Positions 29,021 through 38,874 of a DNA stretch of 64,000 nucleotides are shown piece by piece. The notes beneath the pieces were generated by a model. That model was not told where the DNA came from. It saw only the letters and a list, made by a program, of their open reading frames with translations, and did no database searches. This DNA is from Desulfosoma sp. GTDB lineage: Bacteria; Desulfobacterota; Syntrophobacteria; Syntrophobacterales; DSM-9756. Position numbers and translations under genes: made by a program. The DNA lies in NCBI GenBank assembly GCA_037481835.1, contig JBBFKW010000001.1, positions 203,503 to 267,502 on the forward strand. Reading direction: 5' to 3'. How positions within the stretch are numbered: the stretch's first letter is position 1; each line of letters begins with the position of its first letter.

Positions 29021-29869
29021 ATGGAAAAACTGATCATCACGGTGGCCTTGACCGGCAATGTCCCCACCAAGGACATGAATCCCTTCGTTCCCATGACGGC
29101 CGAGGAAATCGCCCAGGATGTGCGCCGGTGCGCTGATGCGGGAGCCGTGCTTTTCCATGTGCACGCCAGGGACGAAAATCGACGGCCCACGTTGGATCTC
29201 GCCCGTTATAAAGAAAACGTCCGCCGTATCAAGGAAATCGCCCCGGAAGTGATCATCCAGCTTTCAACGGGGGCTCGGGCCGGCAAGGACTGGGAAGCCC
29301 GGGCCAATCCCGTGAGGCTTCTGCCGGAGATGGCCTCCTTTACCACGGGCTCAAACAACCTGCCGGGGATCGTGTATGAAAATTCGCCCCAATTCATCGA
29401 GTTCCTGGCCGGGGTGTTCAAGGAAACGGGTGTCAAACCGGAAATCGAGGTGTTTGAAACGGGCATGATCAACAACGCCCTGCATCTCCAGCGCAAGGGC
29501 CTCATCGCTCCGCCGCTCCATTTCGACTTCGTCTTGGGCGCCCCGGGTTCCATGCCCGGATCGGTCAAGAACCTGCTGTTCCTCTCCGAAAGCATCCCAG
29601 CGGGCTCCACCTGGAGTGTGGCCGGGATCGGCAAGATGGAAATCCCGTTGGCCACCGCCGCCATCGTCATGGGGGGGCACGTGCGCGTCGGTCTGGAAGA
29701 CAATCTGTTTTTGCCCGACGGATCCCCGGCCTCCAACCCCAAGCTCGTGGAAAAGGTCGTGAGGATCGCCCGGGAAACAGGCCGAGACATCGCCTCCCCG
29801 GATGAAGCCCGTCGCATCCTGTCCCTGGATCCGGCCCGAAAGGACCTCATCCTCACCATGCTGGACTGA
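29021..29869 (+). CDS. Beta-keto acid cleavage enzyme (BKACE/DUF849, Kce family)
   Basis: KLIITVALTG, HVHAR, IIQLSTG, KPEIEVF and GGHVRVGLEDN motifs. Confidence 0.93.
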   Translation: MEKLIITVALTGNVPTKDMNPFVPMTAEEIAQDVRRCADAGAVLFHVHARDENRRPTLDLARYKENVRRIKEIAPEVIIQLSTGARAGKDWEARANPVRLLPEMASFTTGSNNLPGIVYENSPQFIEFLAGVFKETGVKPEIEVFETGMINNALHLQRKGLIAPPLHFDFVLGAPGSMPGSVKNLLFLSESIPAGSTWSVAGIGKMEIPLATAAIVMGGHVRVGLEDNLFLPDGSPASNPKLVEKVVRIARETGRDIASPDEARRILSLDPARKDLILTMLD

Positions 29870-29875
29870 TCGGCC

Positions 29876-31453
29876 ATGTCGTTTTGGCATCGCCGCCAAG
29901 CCATGGGGTGGGCCGCCGCCCTTCTCGGAGCAAGCGTCCTTCTGTCCCGGTTCATGGGCCTCTTCCGAGACAAGGTCATTTCCTATTATTTCGGGGCGAC
30001 GGAAGAATCGGACGTCTATTTCGCCGCCTTCGTCATCCCGGACTTCATCAATTACCTCCTTGCCGGGGCTTATTTTTCCATCACGCTCATCCCCCTCCTG
30101 AGCGAAAAGTTTCAAAAGGACGAGGAAGACGCCTGGCGCTTCTTTTCCGCCGTTCTTTTTTGGACCGCTGTCACCAGCACGGCACTGACGGCGGCCGTCA
30201 TGATCTGGGCGAGCCCGCTGTCCCGTTGGGCGGCGCCAGGCCTGAGCGCCCAGGCGGCGACACGCTTGGCCTACTTTCTTCGCATCATCGCTCCGGCCCA
30301 GATTTTCTTCCTCCTGGGATCGTGTTGCAGTGCCGTGCTCTATCTGAGAAAGCAGTTCCAGGCCCCGGCCCTGAGCCCCCTCGTTTACAACGCGTTCATC
30401 ATCGCCTTGGGCATCCTGATGCGCCGATCCGGCATGGCGGGGTTTTGCTGGGGTGTTCTGGCGGGGGCCTTCTTGGGGAACTTTTTGCTGCCCTTGACCG
30501 CCGTGCGCTACGGGGGCGACTTTCGGTGGCGATGGGTCCTGTGGCACCCGTCGCTCAAAAAATTCCTGCTCCTGGCGCTGCCGCTCATGGTGGGCCAGTC
30601 CGTCGTGGTCCTGGACGAACAGCTCGTGCGCATTTTCGGGTCTCTGGCAGCCGTCGGCGCCATCAGCTGGCTCAATTACGCGCGGCGCATCATGCTCGTT
30701 CCCGTCGGCGTGGTGGCTCAGGCCGCCGGGACGGCCTCCTACCCCTTCCTGGCCGAAGCTTACGCCTCTGGGGACAGTCGAAAGTTTTTCCAGACGCTGA
30801 ACACGGCTTTTCGAAACAGCGTGGCCGTTCTTATTCCTCTGTCCCTGTGGATGATCCTGGCCGCCGAACCCATCATCGTCCTCATCTTCCAGCAAGGCCG
30901 TTTCAGCACCGCGGATACCGTTGAAACCGTGTGGGCCTTAAGGATTCTCCTGACCGTGGTTTTCTGTTGGGGGATTCAGCAGATCCTTGGGCGGGGCTAC
31001 TATGCTCGGCAGGACACCGTCACGCCGGCAGTAATCGGCACCTTGTGCACCGCTGCCGTCATCCCCATCTATTTCATCGCGGCCGCACGTTTCGGCGCCC
31101 GAGGGGTGGCCGGGGCGAGCGCCCTTTCCGTGGCGCTCTATACGACCGTGCTCAGCCTTTGGTGGCGCTTTCGTATGGGATCCCAGGCCTTCGAGGGCCT
31201 GGGCGCTACGGCGTTTAAGATCACCCTTATCAGCGCGGCCGCTTTGGTCCCCGGCGGCCTCGGCCTTTTCTTACCGACGTTACGGCCGCTGTCCAACCTC
31301 TACATCCACGCTTTCTGCCGGTCGGCCCTATCCGGCGCGCTTTTCGCCCTGGGCTTCGCCTTCTTGGGGCGACGATTCGCCGGCGACCTTCTGGATCCTC
31401 TCTTCAACCGATGGCCTCTTTCCAGGCCGCGCCGTCCCACAAGCCCACGATAG
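29876..31453 (+). CDS. murJ: Lipid II flippase MurJ/MviN
   Basis: SRFMGLFRD, AAFVIPD, LNYARR, FQQGRF and YYARQDTVTP motifs; multiple transmembrane segments. Confidence 0.9.
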   Translation: MSFWHRRQAMGWAAALLGASVLLSRFMGLFRDKVISYYFGATEESDVYFAAFVIPDFINYLLAGAYFSITLIPLLSEKFQKDEEDAWRFFSAVLFWTAVTSTALTAAVMIWASPLSRWAAPGLSAQAATRLAYFLRIIAPAQIFFLLGSCCSAVLYLRKQFQAPALSPLVYNAFIIALGILMRRSGMAGFCWGVLAGAFLGNFLLPLTAVRYGGDFRWRWVLWHPSLKKFLLLALPLMVGQSVVVLDEQLVRIFGSLAAVGAISWLNYARRIMLVPVGVVAQAAGTASYPFLAEAYASGDSRKFFQTLNTAFRNSVAVLIPLSLWMILAAEPIIVLIFQQGRFSTADTVETVWALRILLTVVFCWGIQQILGRGYYARQDTVTPAVIGTLCTAAVIPIYFIAAARFGARGVAGASALSVALYTTVLSLWWRFRMGSQAFEGLGATAFKITLISAAALVPGGLGLFLPTLRPLSNLYIHAFCRSALSGALFALGFAFLGRRFAGDLLDPLFNRWPLSRPRRPTSPR

Positions 31454-33353
31454 TTCCCGATTGAGCGGGGTCGTACCCGCCCAGGGCCTCCACACGACGG
31501 CGGAACCGTTCCGAGACGATCACCTCAAGGAGCCGCCGGATTTTCGGATCTTCCCAGCAGTTCTCAGGAATGACCAGATCGTAGCGCTCCTCGCACACTG
31601 GCAAGAAATCCAATCCCAGGGCCTTGGCCGCCGCATAGATGGCCATTCCGCAGTCGGCGCTTCCGCTGAGCACATTCACTGCCACGGCCATGTGCGTGTA
31701 TTCTTCCCAGTCGTAGCCGTGGATGCCTTCGGGGGTGCGCCCAATCTTGGCCAGCTCGTAGTCCAGGAGGATGCGCGTCCCGGATCCCGCCTGTCGATTC
31801 ACGAAACGCACGTCGGGCCGGAACAGGTCCTCCACACCCCGAATCCCTTTCGGGTTTCCAGGCGCCACGACCAGGCCTTGGCGACGGCGCACGAGCTGCA
31901 CCAGGCGCACAGGAGTCCCTTGAAGGTAACGTTCCACGTAGGAACGGTTGTAATCGCCCGTTTCGGTATCCAAGAGGTGGGCGCCGGCGCAGTGGGCCTG
32001 GCCGCGGCGCACGGCCAACAGCCCGCCCAAGCTCCCCACGTTGCTGGATGAAAGGTGCATGCGCGGGTCCACCTTCTTGAGCTCCGAGGCCAGCACATCC
32101 ACGGTGTTGTCGTGACTGCCGATCATGATCAGGGTGTGGTCCAGATCCTCTTCGGCGCGCAAAAGCCGCACCCGAACCCATTCGCCTTCGTTGACCCCTT
32201 CGGATTCCTGCGGGATGCGCACCAGTCCGTCAGCCCGGACCAAGGAGGTGATCACGCCGGCGCCGCGCTGCAGCGGCATGGCCACAAGGCGATTGTGAAC
32301 CCGACCCACGATGACCCGGAGGAATTCTTCGAGGCCCAATTTGGAGGGCATTTTGCGGCCCATGACGGCATGTACCGTCGTCCAACCGGGTTCGGCAAGC
32401 CCCTGAAGCCACGCAAGCAGTGGTCGGACGAATTGTTCGAAGGCCATGACGGCGGATACGGGATAGCCGGGAAGACCAATGAAAGGCTTGCCTTCCACGA
32501 GTCCCAGGAGCACGGGTTTTCCGGGCATCATGGTCACGCCGTGGACGAGGAGCGTCCCCAGATCCTGGACGAGGGAGGCCGTATAGTCTTCCGATCCGGC
32601 GGAAGAGCCCGCGTTGAAAACGATGATGTCCGCATCGGAAAGCGCCGCTTCTTTCATGCGGGCCCGAAGCGTCTCGGCGTCGTCAGCCACACCGGGATGG
32701 AGCCTGGCGACCCCGCCTTCTTGTTGGACCATGGCGGCGATGACGGTGCCGTTGAATTCCACGATTTGGCCGGGGGCCGCCTGAGCGGCCTCATTGGCAG
32801 GGACCAGTTCGGTTCCCGTCGGCTGGATCCACACGCGCGGCTTGGCATAAACCGAGACGGCGGAAACCCCCGAGGCCAAAAGGGCTCCCAGGTCCGCCGG
32901 GCGCAGCCGATGCTGCTGGGGAAGGAGAAGTTCGCCCGCCACGATATCTTCCCCGACCTTGCGCACGTGCTGCCACGGAAAGGCGGCGGATCGAATCTCG
33001 ATGGTTTGGGCGTCCACCGGGTGGACGTGTTCGATCATGATCACCGCATCGGTCCCCGGGGGCATGGGATCGCCGGTATCGACCGCGAACGCCTGGACGC
33101 CCACGGTGAGGTGCTTCGGACGGACGGGTGCGGCGCCGAAAGTTTCCGAAGCCTTCACCGCATAACCGTCCATGGCCGCGCCGTGGTAATGGGGAACGGA
33201 CACTTTCGCCGCAACGGGTTCTGCAAGCACCCGCCCCAAAGCCTCATGGACGGGCATCTCTTCCACCGCCGTGCGCCGATCCCCGACGGCTCGACGCCAC
33301 TTCTCCCGCGCCTCTTCCAAAGTGTGCATTTCCAGATAGATCTTTCGCTTCAT
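31404..33353 (-). CDS. moeA: MoeA-family molybdopterin biosynthesis protein fused to a C-terminal PBP (LysR-substrate-like) domain
   Basis: AAMDGYAV, TGDPMP, PGKP and LPGYPVSA motifs, followed by GSHD, VGSLGG, FVNRQAGSGTR and ERYDLV. Confidence 0.9.
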   Translation of the reverse strand: MKRKIYLEMHTLEEAREKWRRAVGDRRTAVEEMPVHEALGRVLAEPVAAKVSVPHYHGAAMDGYAVKASETFGAAPVRPKHLTVGVQAFAVDTGDPMPPGTDAVIMIEHVHPVDAQTIEIRSAAFPWQHVRKVGEDIVAGELLLPQQHRLRPADLGALLASGVSAVSVYAKPRVWIQPTGTELVPANEAAQAAPGQIVEFNGTVIAAMVQQEGGVARLHPGVADDAETLRARMKEAALSDADIIVFNAGSSAGSEDYTASLVQDLGTLLVHGVTMMPGKPVLLGLVEGKPFIGLPGYPVSAVMAFEQFVRPLLAWLQGLAEPGWTTVHAVMGRKMPSKLGLEEFLRVIVGRVHNRLVAMPLQRGAGVITSLVRADGLVRIPQESEGVNEGEWVRVRLLRAEEDLDHTLIMIGSHDNTVDVLASELKKVDPRMHLSSSNVGSLGGLLAVRRGQAHCAGAHLLDTETGDYNRSYVERYLQGTPVRLVQLVRRRQGLVVAPGNPKGIRGVEDLFRPDVRFVNRQAGSGTRILLDYELAKIGRTPEGIHGYDWEEYTHMAVAVNVLSGSADCGMAIYAAAKALGLDFLPVCEERYDLVIPENCWEDPKIRRLLEVIVSERFRRRVEALGGYDPAQSGTIVGLWDGAAWKEAIG

Positions 33354-33368
33354 GGGCCTTCCCGCCTT

Positions 33369-34181
33369 CTAAACGCGCTGAAAACCAAATCGATGCCAAA
33401 ATTCGCGCCGGTATCGTCGCACGGAACCGAGATAGGCATCCGCAACGTGCACCTGTTCCAGCTCGTCCAGCTGGACCGTCACCCAGTCGTCCAATGCGTC
33501 CAAGCTTCGGAACCAGCGGCGAAACGCCGCCTTGTCCAAAAGGCGCGGCGGCTGGATCACGAAGCTGCCGCCTCCGTGCTGATGGTAGCGACGCCCGTTG
33601 ATCAGGGCGTTGTAGTCGGCGGTGTTCACCCCGACCACGGCGCAGAAATTGTCGAAAGCGCGCACCAAGGCCCCCGTTTTCCAGTGCCCCCGCAGAATGG
33701 GGAAGATGCTGATGTTAAAAATGATCTCCACCCCTTGATCCGCCAACTGCTTGGCGGCCTCGGGCTGCCCCCAAAAATCGATGCACACGGGAATGCCGAT
33801 CTTTCCAAAATCCACGGGGAAAGCCCTGAAGACGCCGTCTCCGGGCGTCATGCGCAGGTGGTCCCGTTCCAGGGCGCCAAGGTTCCGTTTGCGTTGGCGT
33901 CCCAAAATCCTGCCGGATCGGTCAAAGAGGGTCGCGGTGTTGTAGAAACGATCGCCGTCCTGTTCCACCAAGCCGGCCACAATATAGGTCCGTAGATCCC
34001 GGGCGGCTTGGGCCAGCTCCTCTTCACCCACGAAAGGGAAATACTCGGGAAAACACACCACGTCCAAATCCTGCCCCCTGCACTTTTCCAGAAGGTGGAG
34101 GCCGTGGCCGATATTTCTCGGATCGCCGAACTCGGGATAGGGCTTGGGCTGTACGAGAGCCACTCGAATGCTGTCCTTCAT
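33369..34181 (-). CDS. Carbon-nitrogen hydrolase (nitrilase superfamily)
   Basis: Glu-Lys-Cys triad: VCFPEY, FYNTA..QRK, IPVCIDFW. Confidence 0.88.
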   Translation of the reverse strand: MKDSIRVALVQPKPYPEFGDPRNIGHGLHLLEKCRGQDLDVVCFPEYFPFVGEEELAQAARDLRTYIVAGLVEQDGDRFYNTATLFDRSGRILGRQRKRNLGALERDHLRMTPGDGVFRAFPVDFGKIGIPVCIDFWGQPEAAKQLADQGVEIIFNISIFPILRGHWKTGALVRAFDNFCAVVGVNTADYNALINGRRYHQHGGGSFVIQPPRLLDKAAFRRWFRSLDALDDWVTVQLDELEQVHVADAYLGSVRRYRREFWHRFGFQRV

Positions 34182-34191
34182 ACCTGCTCCC

Positions 34192-35022
34192 TCAACGATT
34201 TTGCATCAACTCCATGGAACCCGCCCACGAAAGATCCGCAAGATAAGGAAAGTGATCGGAAGGGTATCGTCCCCCGAAGTGATCCCGGACGATGGACACA
34301 TTCCGGACCCGGAAATGGTCGGAAACCAAAATCCAATCCATGCGGCTTTTCTGCGGCACGCCTGAAAAGCCGTGGTGCGTTTTGTCTTCGTCTCCTTCGA
34401 TCTTGCCGCTTTGCCGCCAAGTGTCGCGAAGGCCCACTTGCGGGTCGGTCAAGATCCGGTAGACCGGGGATTCGGGCCCGTCGTTGAAGTCGCCCATGAG
34501 AACGTGGGCTCCAGGATAAGCCTTGACCCATCGGGCCAAAATCCGGGCCTGCTCCCGTCGGGCTTCCGCGCCGATGTGGTCCAGATGGGTTACGGCAACC
34601 CAGAGAGTCATGCCGGTTTCCCGCTCCCGGATCCGGGCCCAGCTCATCATGCGCGGAAAGGCGCTGTCCCAGTCCTTGCTGCGATGCACATCGGGCGTTC
34701 GAGACAGCCAAAATTCCGCGCCGTCCGTCACGGCGCCGAAGGCCGTGCGCACGAAAAGGGTGGGATACTGGCAGGTCTCGTCAAGAACCCGGCCGGGGGC
34801 GTGGAGCGTGTAATCGTTAAGCTTTTCGGCCAGGTAAAGGAGCATGCTCCAGCGGCCTTCCTGGGTTCCCAACAGGTCGGGGCGATACCGCCGGATGGTT
34901 TCCACCACCAGGTCCCGTCGATAAATCCAGCTGTTTTCCCCGTCCCGGTCGTTTTCAAAGCGCAGGTTGAACGTCATGACACGCATGGGGTGATGGCCGT
35001 TTCCCGAAAATTTATCGTTCAT
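34192..35022 (-). CDS. Endonuclease/exonuclease/phosphatase family protein
   Basis: MTFNLR, GTQEG, THLDH, MGDFN, RMDWI and PSDHFP motifs. Confidence 0.92.
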   Translation of the reverse strand: MNDKFSGNGHHPMRVMTFNLRFENDRDGENSWIYRRDLVVETIRRYRPDLLGTQEGRWSMLLYLAEKLNDYTLHAPGRVLDETCQYPTLFVRTAFGAVTDGAEFWLSRTPDVHRSKDWDSAFPRMMSWARIRERETGMTLWVAVTHLDHIGAEARREQARILARWVKAYPGAHVLMGDFNDGPESPVYRILTDPQVGLRDTWRQSGKIEGDEDKTHHGFSGVPQKSRMDWILVSDHFRVRNVSIVRDHFGGRYPSDHFPYLADLSWAGSMELMQNR

Positions 35023-35141
35023 GTTTTGGTGCCGAGGTGCCGATTCTGGAAGTGAGCGGCAAGAAACTTGCAGTTGAAAAAATCACCGCACGAGAACCGG
35101 GGCGCCCTTCGGGGCGCACAACCCCAGAAAGGAGACAAGAC

Positions 35142-35267
35142 ATGGAGGCACCCATGGGTGTTTCGGCTTGGTTTGGCACCCTGTTCCTGTGGACCTTGGG
35201 ATCGGCGGCGGCCGTCTGGGCGGCCTGCAGGCTCGCCGTCGTGCGGCGTCGCAGCCGCCGTGAATGA
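35142..35267 (+). CDS. Putative small single-pass membrane protein (41 aa)
   Basis: AAGGAGA RBS. MEAPMGVSAWFGTLFLWTLGSAAAVWAACRLAVVRRRSRRE: a hydrophobic segment followed by a basic tail. Confidence 0.5.
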   Translation: MEAPMGVSAWFGTLFLWTLGSAAAVWAACRLAVVRRRSRRE

Positions 35268-35381
35268 GGGGCTGTTCGTCGGCCATTCCCCTTTTGCGAG
35301 CCCCCGTTCCCGCATTCCAGCAGACCGAGTCCCGGCATCCGCGGAGCACCTCCATTGCCCTGTCGCAAAGGAGGTCCCATC

Positions 35382-35744
35382 ATGCAACCTTGCAGCAGCT
35401 GCACAAGCCACCGTTGTGGAACGTCCGAAAATCTCTTTGTGGACGATTTCTTCCGAAAGGACTGTTCCTGCACGGAAGAAGCCGCCCCTTCGTCCACAGG
35501 GGATAACCGGGATGAGCTGTTCCGCCGATTTCGATTAAGCCTCGATCCGAGCCACCAGCGCTTCGTGGCGGGCTATCAGTGGTTCTGCCGGGTGTGCGGC
35601 AAGCCGGCCGCCAGCGAGGAAGTGTGGTTTCCGTGCCGTCAAAAGTTCGTCACAGTCAAGGTCGTGTGCCACTTGGGCTGTTTCAGCCACTGGCGATTGA
35701 AAATCCACGCACAGAGCCCCCAGGCCCTGGCCCACGTGTGCTGA
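35382..35744 (+). CDS. Cysteine-rich hypothetical protein (120 aa)
   Basis: Strong AAGGAGGT RBS; CSSC, CSC, CRVC and CHLGC motifs. Confidence 0.65.
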   Translation: MQPCSSCTSHRCGTSENLFVDDFFRKDCSCTEEAAPSSTGDNRDELFRRFRLSLDPSHQRFVAGYQWFCRVCGKPAASEEVWFPCRQKFVTVKVVCHLGCFSHWRLKIHAQSPQALAHVC

Positions 35745-35784
35745 ATCCAAACTTCCCCGGACGGGTCCTCAGGCCTCGAAGCGC

Positions 35785-35976
35785 TCAGTCCTCGGCTCTT
35801 CGTTTGGCGCTGTAGAAGTCCATGAGAAACTGCGCCTCGATGGGAGACAAGTCGAAACGCAGGATCGCTTCGTGAACGATCTTTTGCACGGGTTTGTCCG
35901 GCGACTCCTGGACACAGCACGACACCCACTTGACGGCTTTGCGAATGGCTTCCCCTTCGGGCATGACAGTTGTCAT
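35785..35976 (-). CDS. Small helical hypothetical protein (63 aa)
   Basis: MPEGEAIRKAVKWVS...EAILRFDLSP.EAQFL pattern; AAAGGTG RBS. Confidence 0.75.
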   Translation of the reverse strand: MTTVMPEGEAIRKAVKWVSCCVQESPDKPVQKIVHEAILRFDLSPIEAQFLMDFYSAKRRAED

Positions 35977-36235
35977 CGCATCGTACACCTTTGTTGAACT
36001 TTCACGGGGCGGCTCCGGGGGCCCATGCGGCCCTCGGCTCTGTTTTCCGCCGTATTCCTAGCATTTTGCCGTCGCGCTGTCATCCCCCATTTCGCCGAAG
36101 CCCTCGCCCGAACGCGCTCCCTGCCGTAAATTGCCAAAAACAGGTGGGGCCCCTGGAACTTTCCGTCGAAAGGGACTAGTTTTTGTGAGAAGGAATGAGG
36201 AAACGTGTGCGGCACAAATTCGGGAGCCCCGTGCA

Positions 36236-36922
36236 ATGATGCGCTCATACCTGGAACCGACAGCCATCCTGGACTGGAACCATCCCCGGGTGCTTTCTTT
36301 CGCGCGGGAGGCCGTAGGAAAGGCGTCCGACCCGGTCCAAAAGGCGGTTCGGCTTTACGAAGCCGTGCGGGACGGCATCCGCTACGATCCCTATTCTCCC
36401 TTTTACCGGCCGGAACATTATCAGGCCAGCGAGGTTTTGCGGCGGGGTCGCAGTTTCTGCATCCCCAAAGCGGGGCTTCTGTGCGCCGCCGCCCGATCCC
36501 AAGGCATTCCCGCCCGGATCGGCTTCGCCACGGTGAGGAACCACCTGGCCACAAGGCAGCTGTTGGAATACTTGGGATCCGACCTGTTCGTCTTCCACGG
36601 CTACACGGACCTTTTCCTGGAAGGCCGCTGGGTCAAGGCCACACCGGCTTTCAACAAGGAACTGTGCCTGCGGCATGGGACGGACCCGTTGATTTTCGAC
36701 GGCCGAAGAGATTCCCTCTTTCACCCGTACAACAAGAACCGGCAAAAATTTATGGAATACGTGGCATATCACGGCGAGTTTTCCGACATTCCCGTACAAG
36801 CCATCCTGGAGGCGTGGAAAGCCGCCTACGGGGCCGATCGGGTCCAGAGCTGGATCGATGCCATGGAAAACGCCGAAAAGAGCGCCCGCCGGGTTTTCGA
36901 ACACGAAGATGTGGTGCAGTAA
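36236..36922 (+). CDS. Transglutaminase-like domain protein
   Basis: LYEAVRDGIRYDPY, FCIPKA, GIPARIGFA, HGYTDL and WVKATPAF motifs. Confidence 0.9.
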   Translation: MMRSYLEPTAILDWNHPRVLSFAREAVGKASDPVQKAVRLYEAVRDGIRYDPYSPFYRPEHYQASEVLRRGRSFCIPKAGLLCAAARSQGIPARIGFATVRNHLATRQLLEYLGSDLFVFHGYTDLFLEGRWVKATPAFNKELCLRHGTDPLIFDGRRDSLFHPYNKNRQKFMEYVAYHGEFSDIPVQAILEAWKAAYGADRVQSWIDAMENAEKSARRVFEHEDVVQ

Positions 36923-36956
36923 ACCGCGCCCACCAACAACGAAAGGATCGTCTCCC

Positions 36957-37286
36957 ATGACCCTTGCTTCCGCCAAAAGCTGCATCCCTTTGCACCGATC
37001 CATGCTGGAAAACGTCGTCGACGTCGTCGACCGCACGGGAAACCTCTCCTTTGAAGAGGCCCGCCAAATGGCCGACCGTGAAGCGGCCAAGCGCTCGACA
37101 AACCCCATGCTCCTCGCATGGTACGACCACGCCCGCGGTGTCTTTTCACCCAACGTGGAATGTTGCGAATCGTCCAGACCGGCCTGGCTCGTCTATGCCC
37201 AGTCCCGGGGAGCCGATGTGACCGTCGCGATCAACGGGCTGGATTATGTCTTTGTCTACCGATCCACGGAACCGGACAACGAATGA
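36957..37286 (+). CDS. AF1514/DUF5619-like protein
   Basis: PMLLAWYD...SP..ECC...PAWLVYAQSRGADVTVAING..YVFVY pattern. Confidence 0.7.
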   Translation: MTLASAKSCIPLHRSMLENVVDVVDRTGNLSFEEARQMADREAAKRSTNPMLLAWYDHARGVFSPNVECCESSRPAWLVYAQSRGADVTVAINGLDYVFVYRSTEPDNE

Positions 37287-37339
37287 ACCCCTGAAGAGCC
37301 ATTCCAACGCGGTGGTCCGGTTGGGAACCCTTTGCCGAC

Positions 37340-38110
37340 TCACGGAGACAGGCCGGCCCGCTTCATGAGGTTCACCGCGTGGACGATGGGAACGGCGAAG
37401 GTAATGCCGCTGGGCGCCTCCAGGGCCTTTTCCTTGCCGTGGGTGAGGAGCACCTTGTTCACAATGCCGAGGACTCGGCCCGTGTCCGGGTGAAACAAAG
37501 GGCTTCCGCTGTTTCCCGGATAGGCCGTTGCATCCAGCTGATAGACGTCGAAGGCGGCCTTCAGGCGCTGGACCAGGTCCGAAGTGAGGGCTTGGCCCGA
37601 TTTGACGGGAATGGCCATGGGACCTACCGCCGAAATAATGCCTCGGTGGGTCACCGGGTAGAGGCCGAGCACCATCCCAATGGGGAATCCGGTAAAAGCG
37701 ATGTCTTGTCCTTCCCGGGCCGGTTCGGGGTCCAACCTCAGCGGAGGAAGGGGCTCTCCGCGAAAGCGCAGCAACACCATGTCATGCTCGTCGTCCCGGA
37801 GCACTTCCTCCAACTCACGAGCCTTCACCTCGGAGCCTCGGCCGACGAAAGCGACGAGAGCTTCCCGGTGGGCCGTGTCCAACTTTTCGGGCAGCACATG
37901 GGCATTGGTGAGGATATGCCGCCCGTCGGCCACGGCGAATCCGGTGCCGAGAAAGACCGACGGCGGGCGTCTCATCGCCTGAAAGGTCCCCACGGCCACG
38001 ATGGAACGACCGACCATGCCCGCCGTGTCCGCAAGGCCGCCGAAGGCACCGCCGCCGCTAAGGGCCAAAAACAGCAGCACGGTGAGTCCCCACGTCCGAA
38101 CCGCCCTCAT
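37340..38110 (-). CDS. Exported trypsin-like (S1) serine protease
   Basis: Signal peptide, GTGF, LTNAHV, HDMVLL and YPGNSGSPL motifs. Confidence 0.92.
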   Translation of the reverse strand: MRAVRTWGLTVLLFLALSGGGAFGGLADTAGMVGRSIVAVGTFQAMRRPPSVFLGTGFAVADGRHILTNAHVLPEKLDTAHREALVAFVGRGSEVKARELEEVLRDDEHDMVLLRFRGEPLPPLRLDPEPAREGQDIAFTGFPIGMVLGLYPVTHRGIISAVGPMAIPVKSGQALTSDLVQRLKAAFDVYQLDATAYPGNSGSPLFHPDTGRVLGIVNKVLLTHGKEKALEAPSGITFAVPIVHAVNLMKRAGLSP

Positions 38111-38874
38111 CGAGGCGCCCCCATGAGTCCCAAAAGGAAGGCTCGGACATTTTCTCCCAACACGGCGTGGTTGTATCCCCCTTCCAGCACGGCAAAGCAC
38201 CCGATCCCCAACCGCGTGCAGGCCGATCGCACCATGGCCCCCAGAGCATGGTAGTCTTCCGTGAGAAGCACGCCGCCCCAGTCCTGGAGGTGCGCATCGA
38301 AGCCCGCCGAAACGGCGATGATGTCCGCCCGCATGGCCGCCAGATCGTTTTCCACAAGGCGCAGGTATTCGACCCGGTTTTCGGTCTGAGGGTTGAGGAT
38401 GGCCGCGTAGCCCTTATCCCCGAGGATATTCACCGTGCCGTCTCCGTAATGGAGGTCGAAGTCCAGGACGTAGGCCGTTTGGATATGACCCTGGTGCCTG
38501 AGATGTTCCAGGGCTACGGCCACAGTGTTATAGTAGCAAAACCCCCAGGAATCGTCCGCCGACGCGTGATGGCCGGGCGGCCGAACCAGTGCGAAAGCCG
38601 GCCTTTGGAGCCCTTCCAGCGCCGCCATGACGGCCCCTCCAGCCGCCAAAGACGCCACGCGGTCCAACCCCTGACGCATCACATTGCGAAGGTGCCGTTC
38701 CGTGTGCACGCGGCGCAGATCTTCCCATGAAGCCGGAAGGGCTTCGTGGAATTCGGCGATATCGGCGACGGCCTTTCGGATGCATTCCATTCGACCCGGT
38801 GCCGCAGCAGGGTCCTTGGTGTAGGGTTCGAGGAACTCATCATGGGTGAAAACGGGTATCCTGCTCTGTTCCAT
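38107..38874 (-). CDS. Histone deacetylase family amidohydrolase (compact)
   Basis: RPPGHHA, GFCYYN, DFDLHYGDGT, VSAGFD and LEGGY motifs. Confidence 0.92.
   Translation of the reverse strand: MEQSRIPVFTHDEFLEPYTKDPAAAPGRMECIRKAVADIAEFHEALPASWEDLRRVHTERHLRNVMRQGLDRVASLAAGGAVMAALEGLQRPAFALVRPPGHHASADDSWGFCYYNTVAVALEHLRHQGHIQTAYVLDFDLHYGDGTVNILGDKGYAAILNPQTENRVEYLRLVENDLAAMRADIIAVSAGFDAHLQDWGGVLLTEDYHALGAMVRSACTRLGIGCFAVLEGGYNHAVLGENVRAFLLGLMGAPR

Noticed and set aside
31404..31453. 50-nt convergent overlap of murJ and moeA
   Set aside because: Involves only the low-complexity C-terminal tail of MurJ and the last residues of MoeA; such overlaps are common.
35742..35790. Possible Cys-Sec read-through at the end of the Cys-rich ORF (TGC TGA)
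   Set aside because: No convincing SECIS, and read-through would run into the convergent gene.
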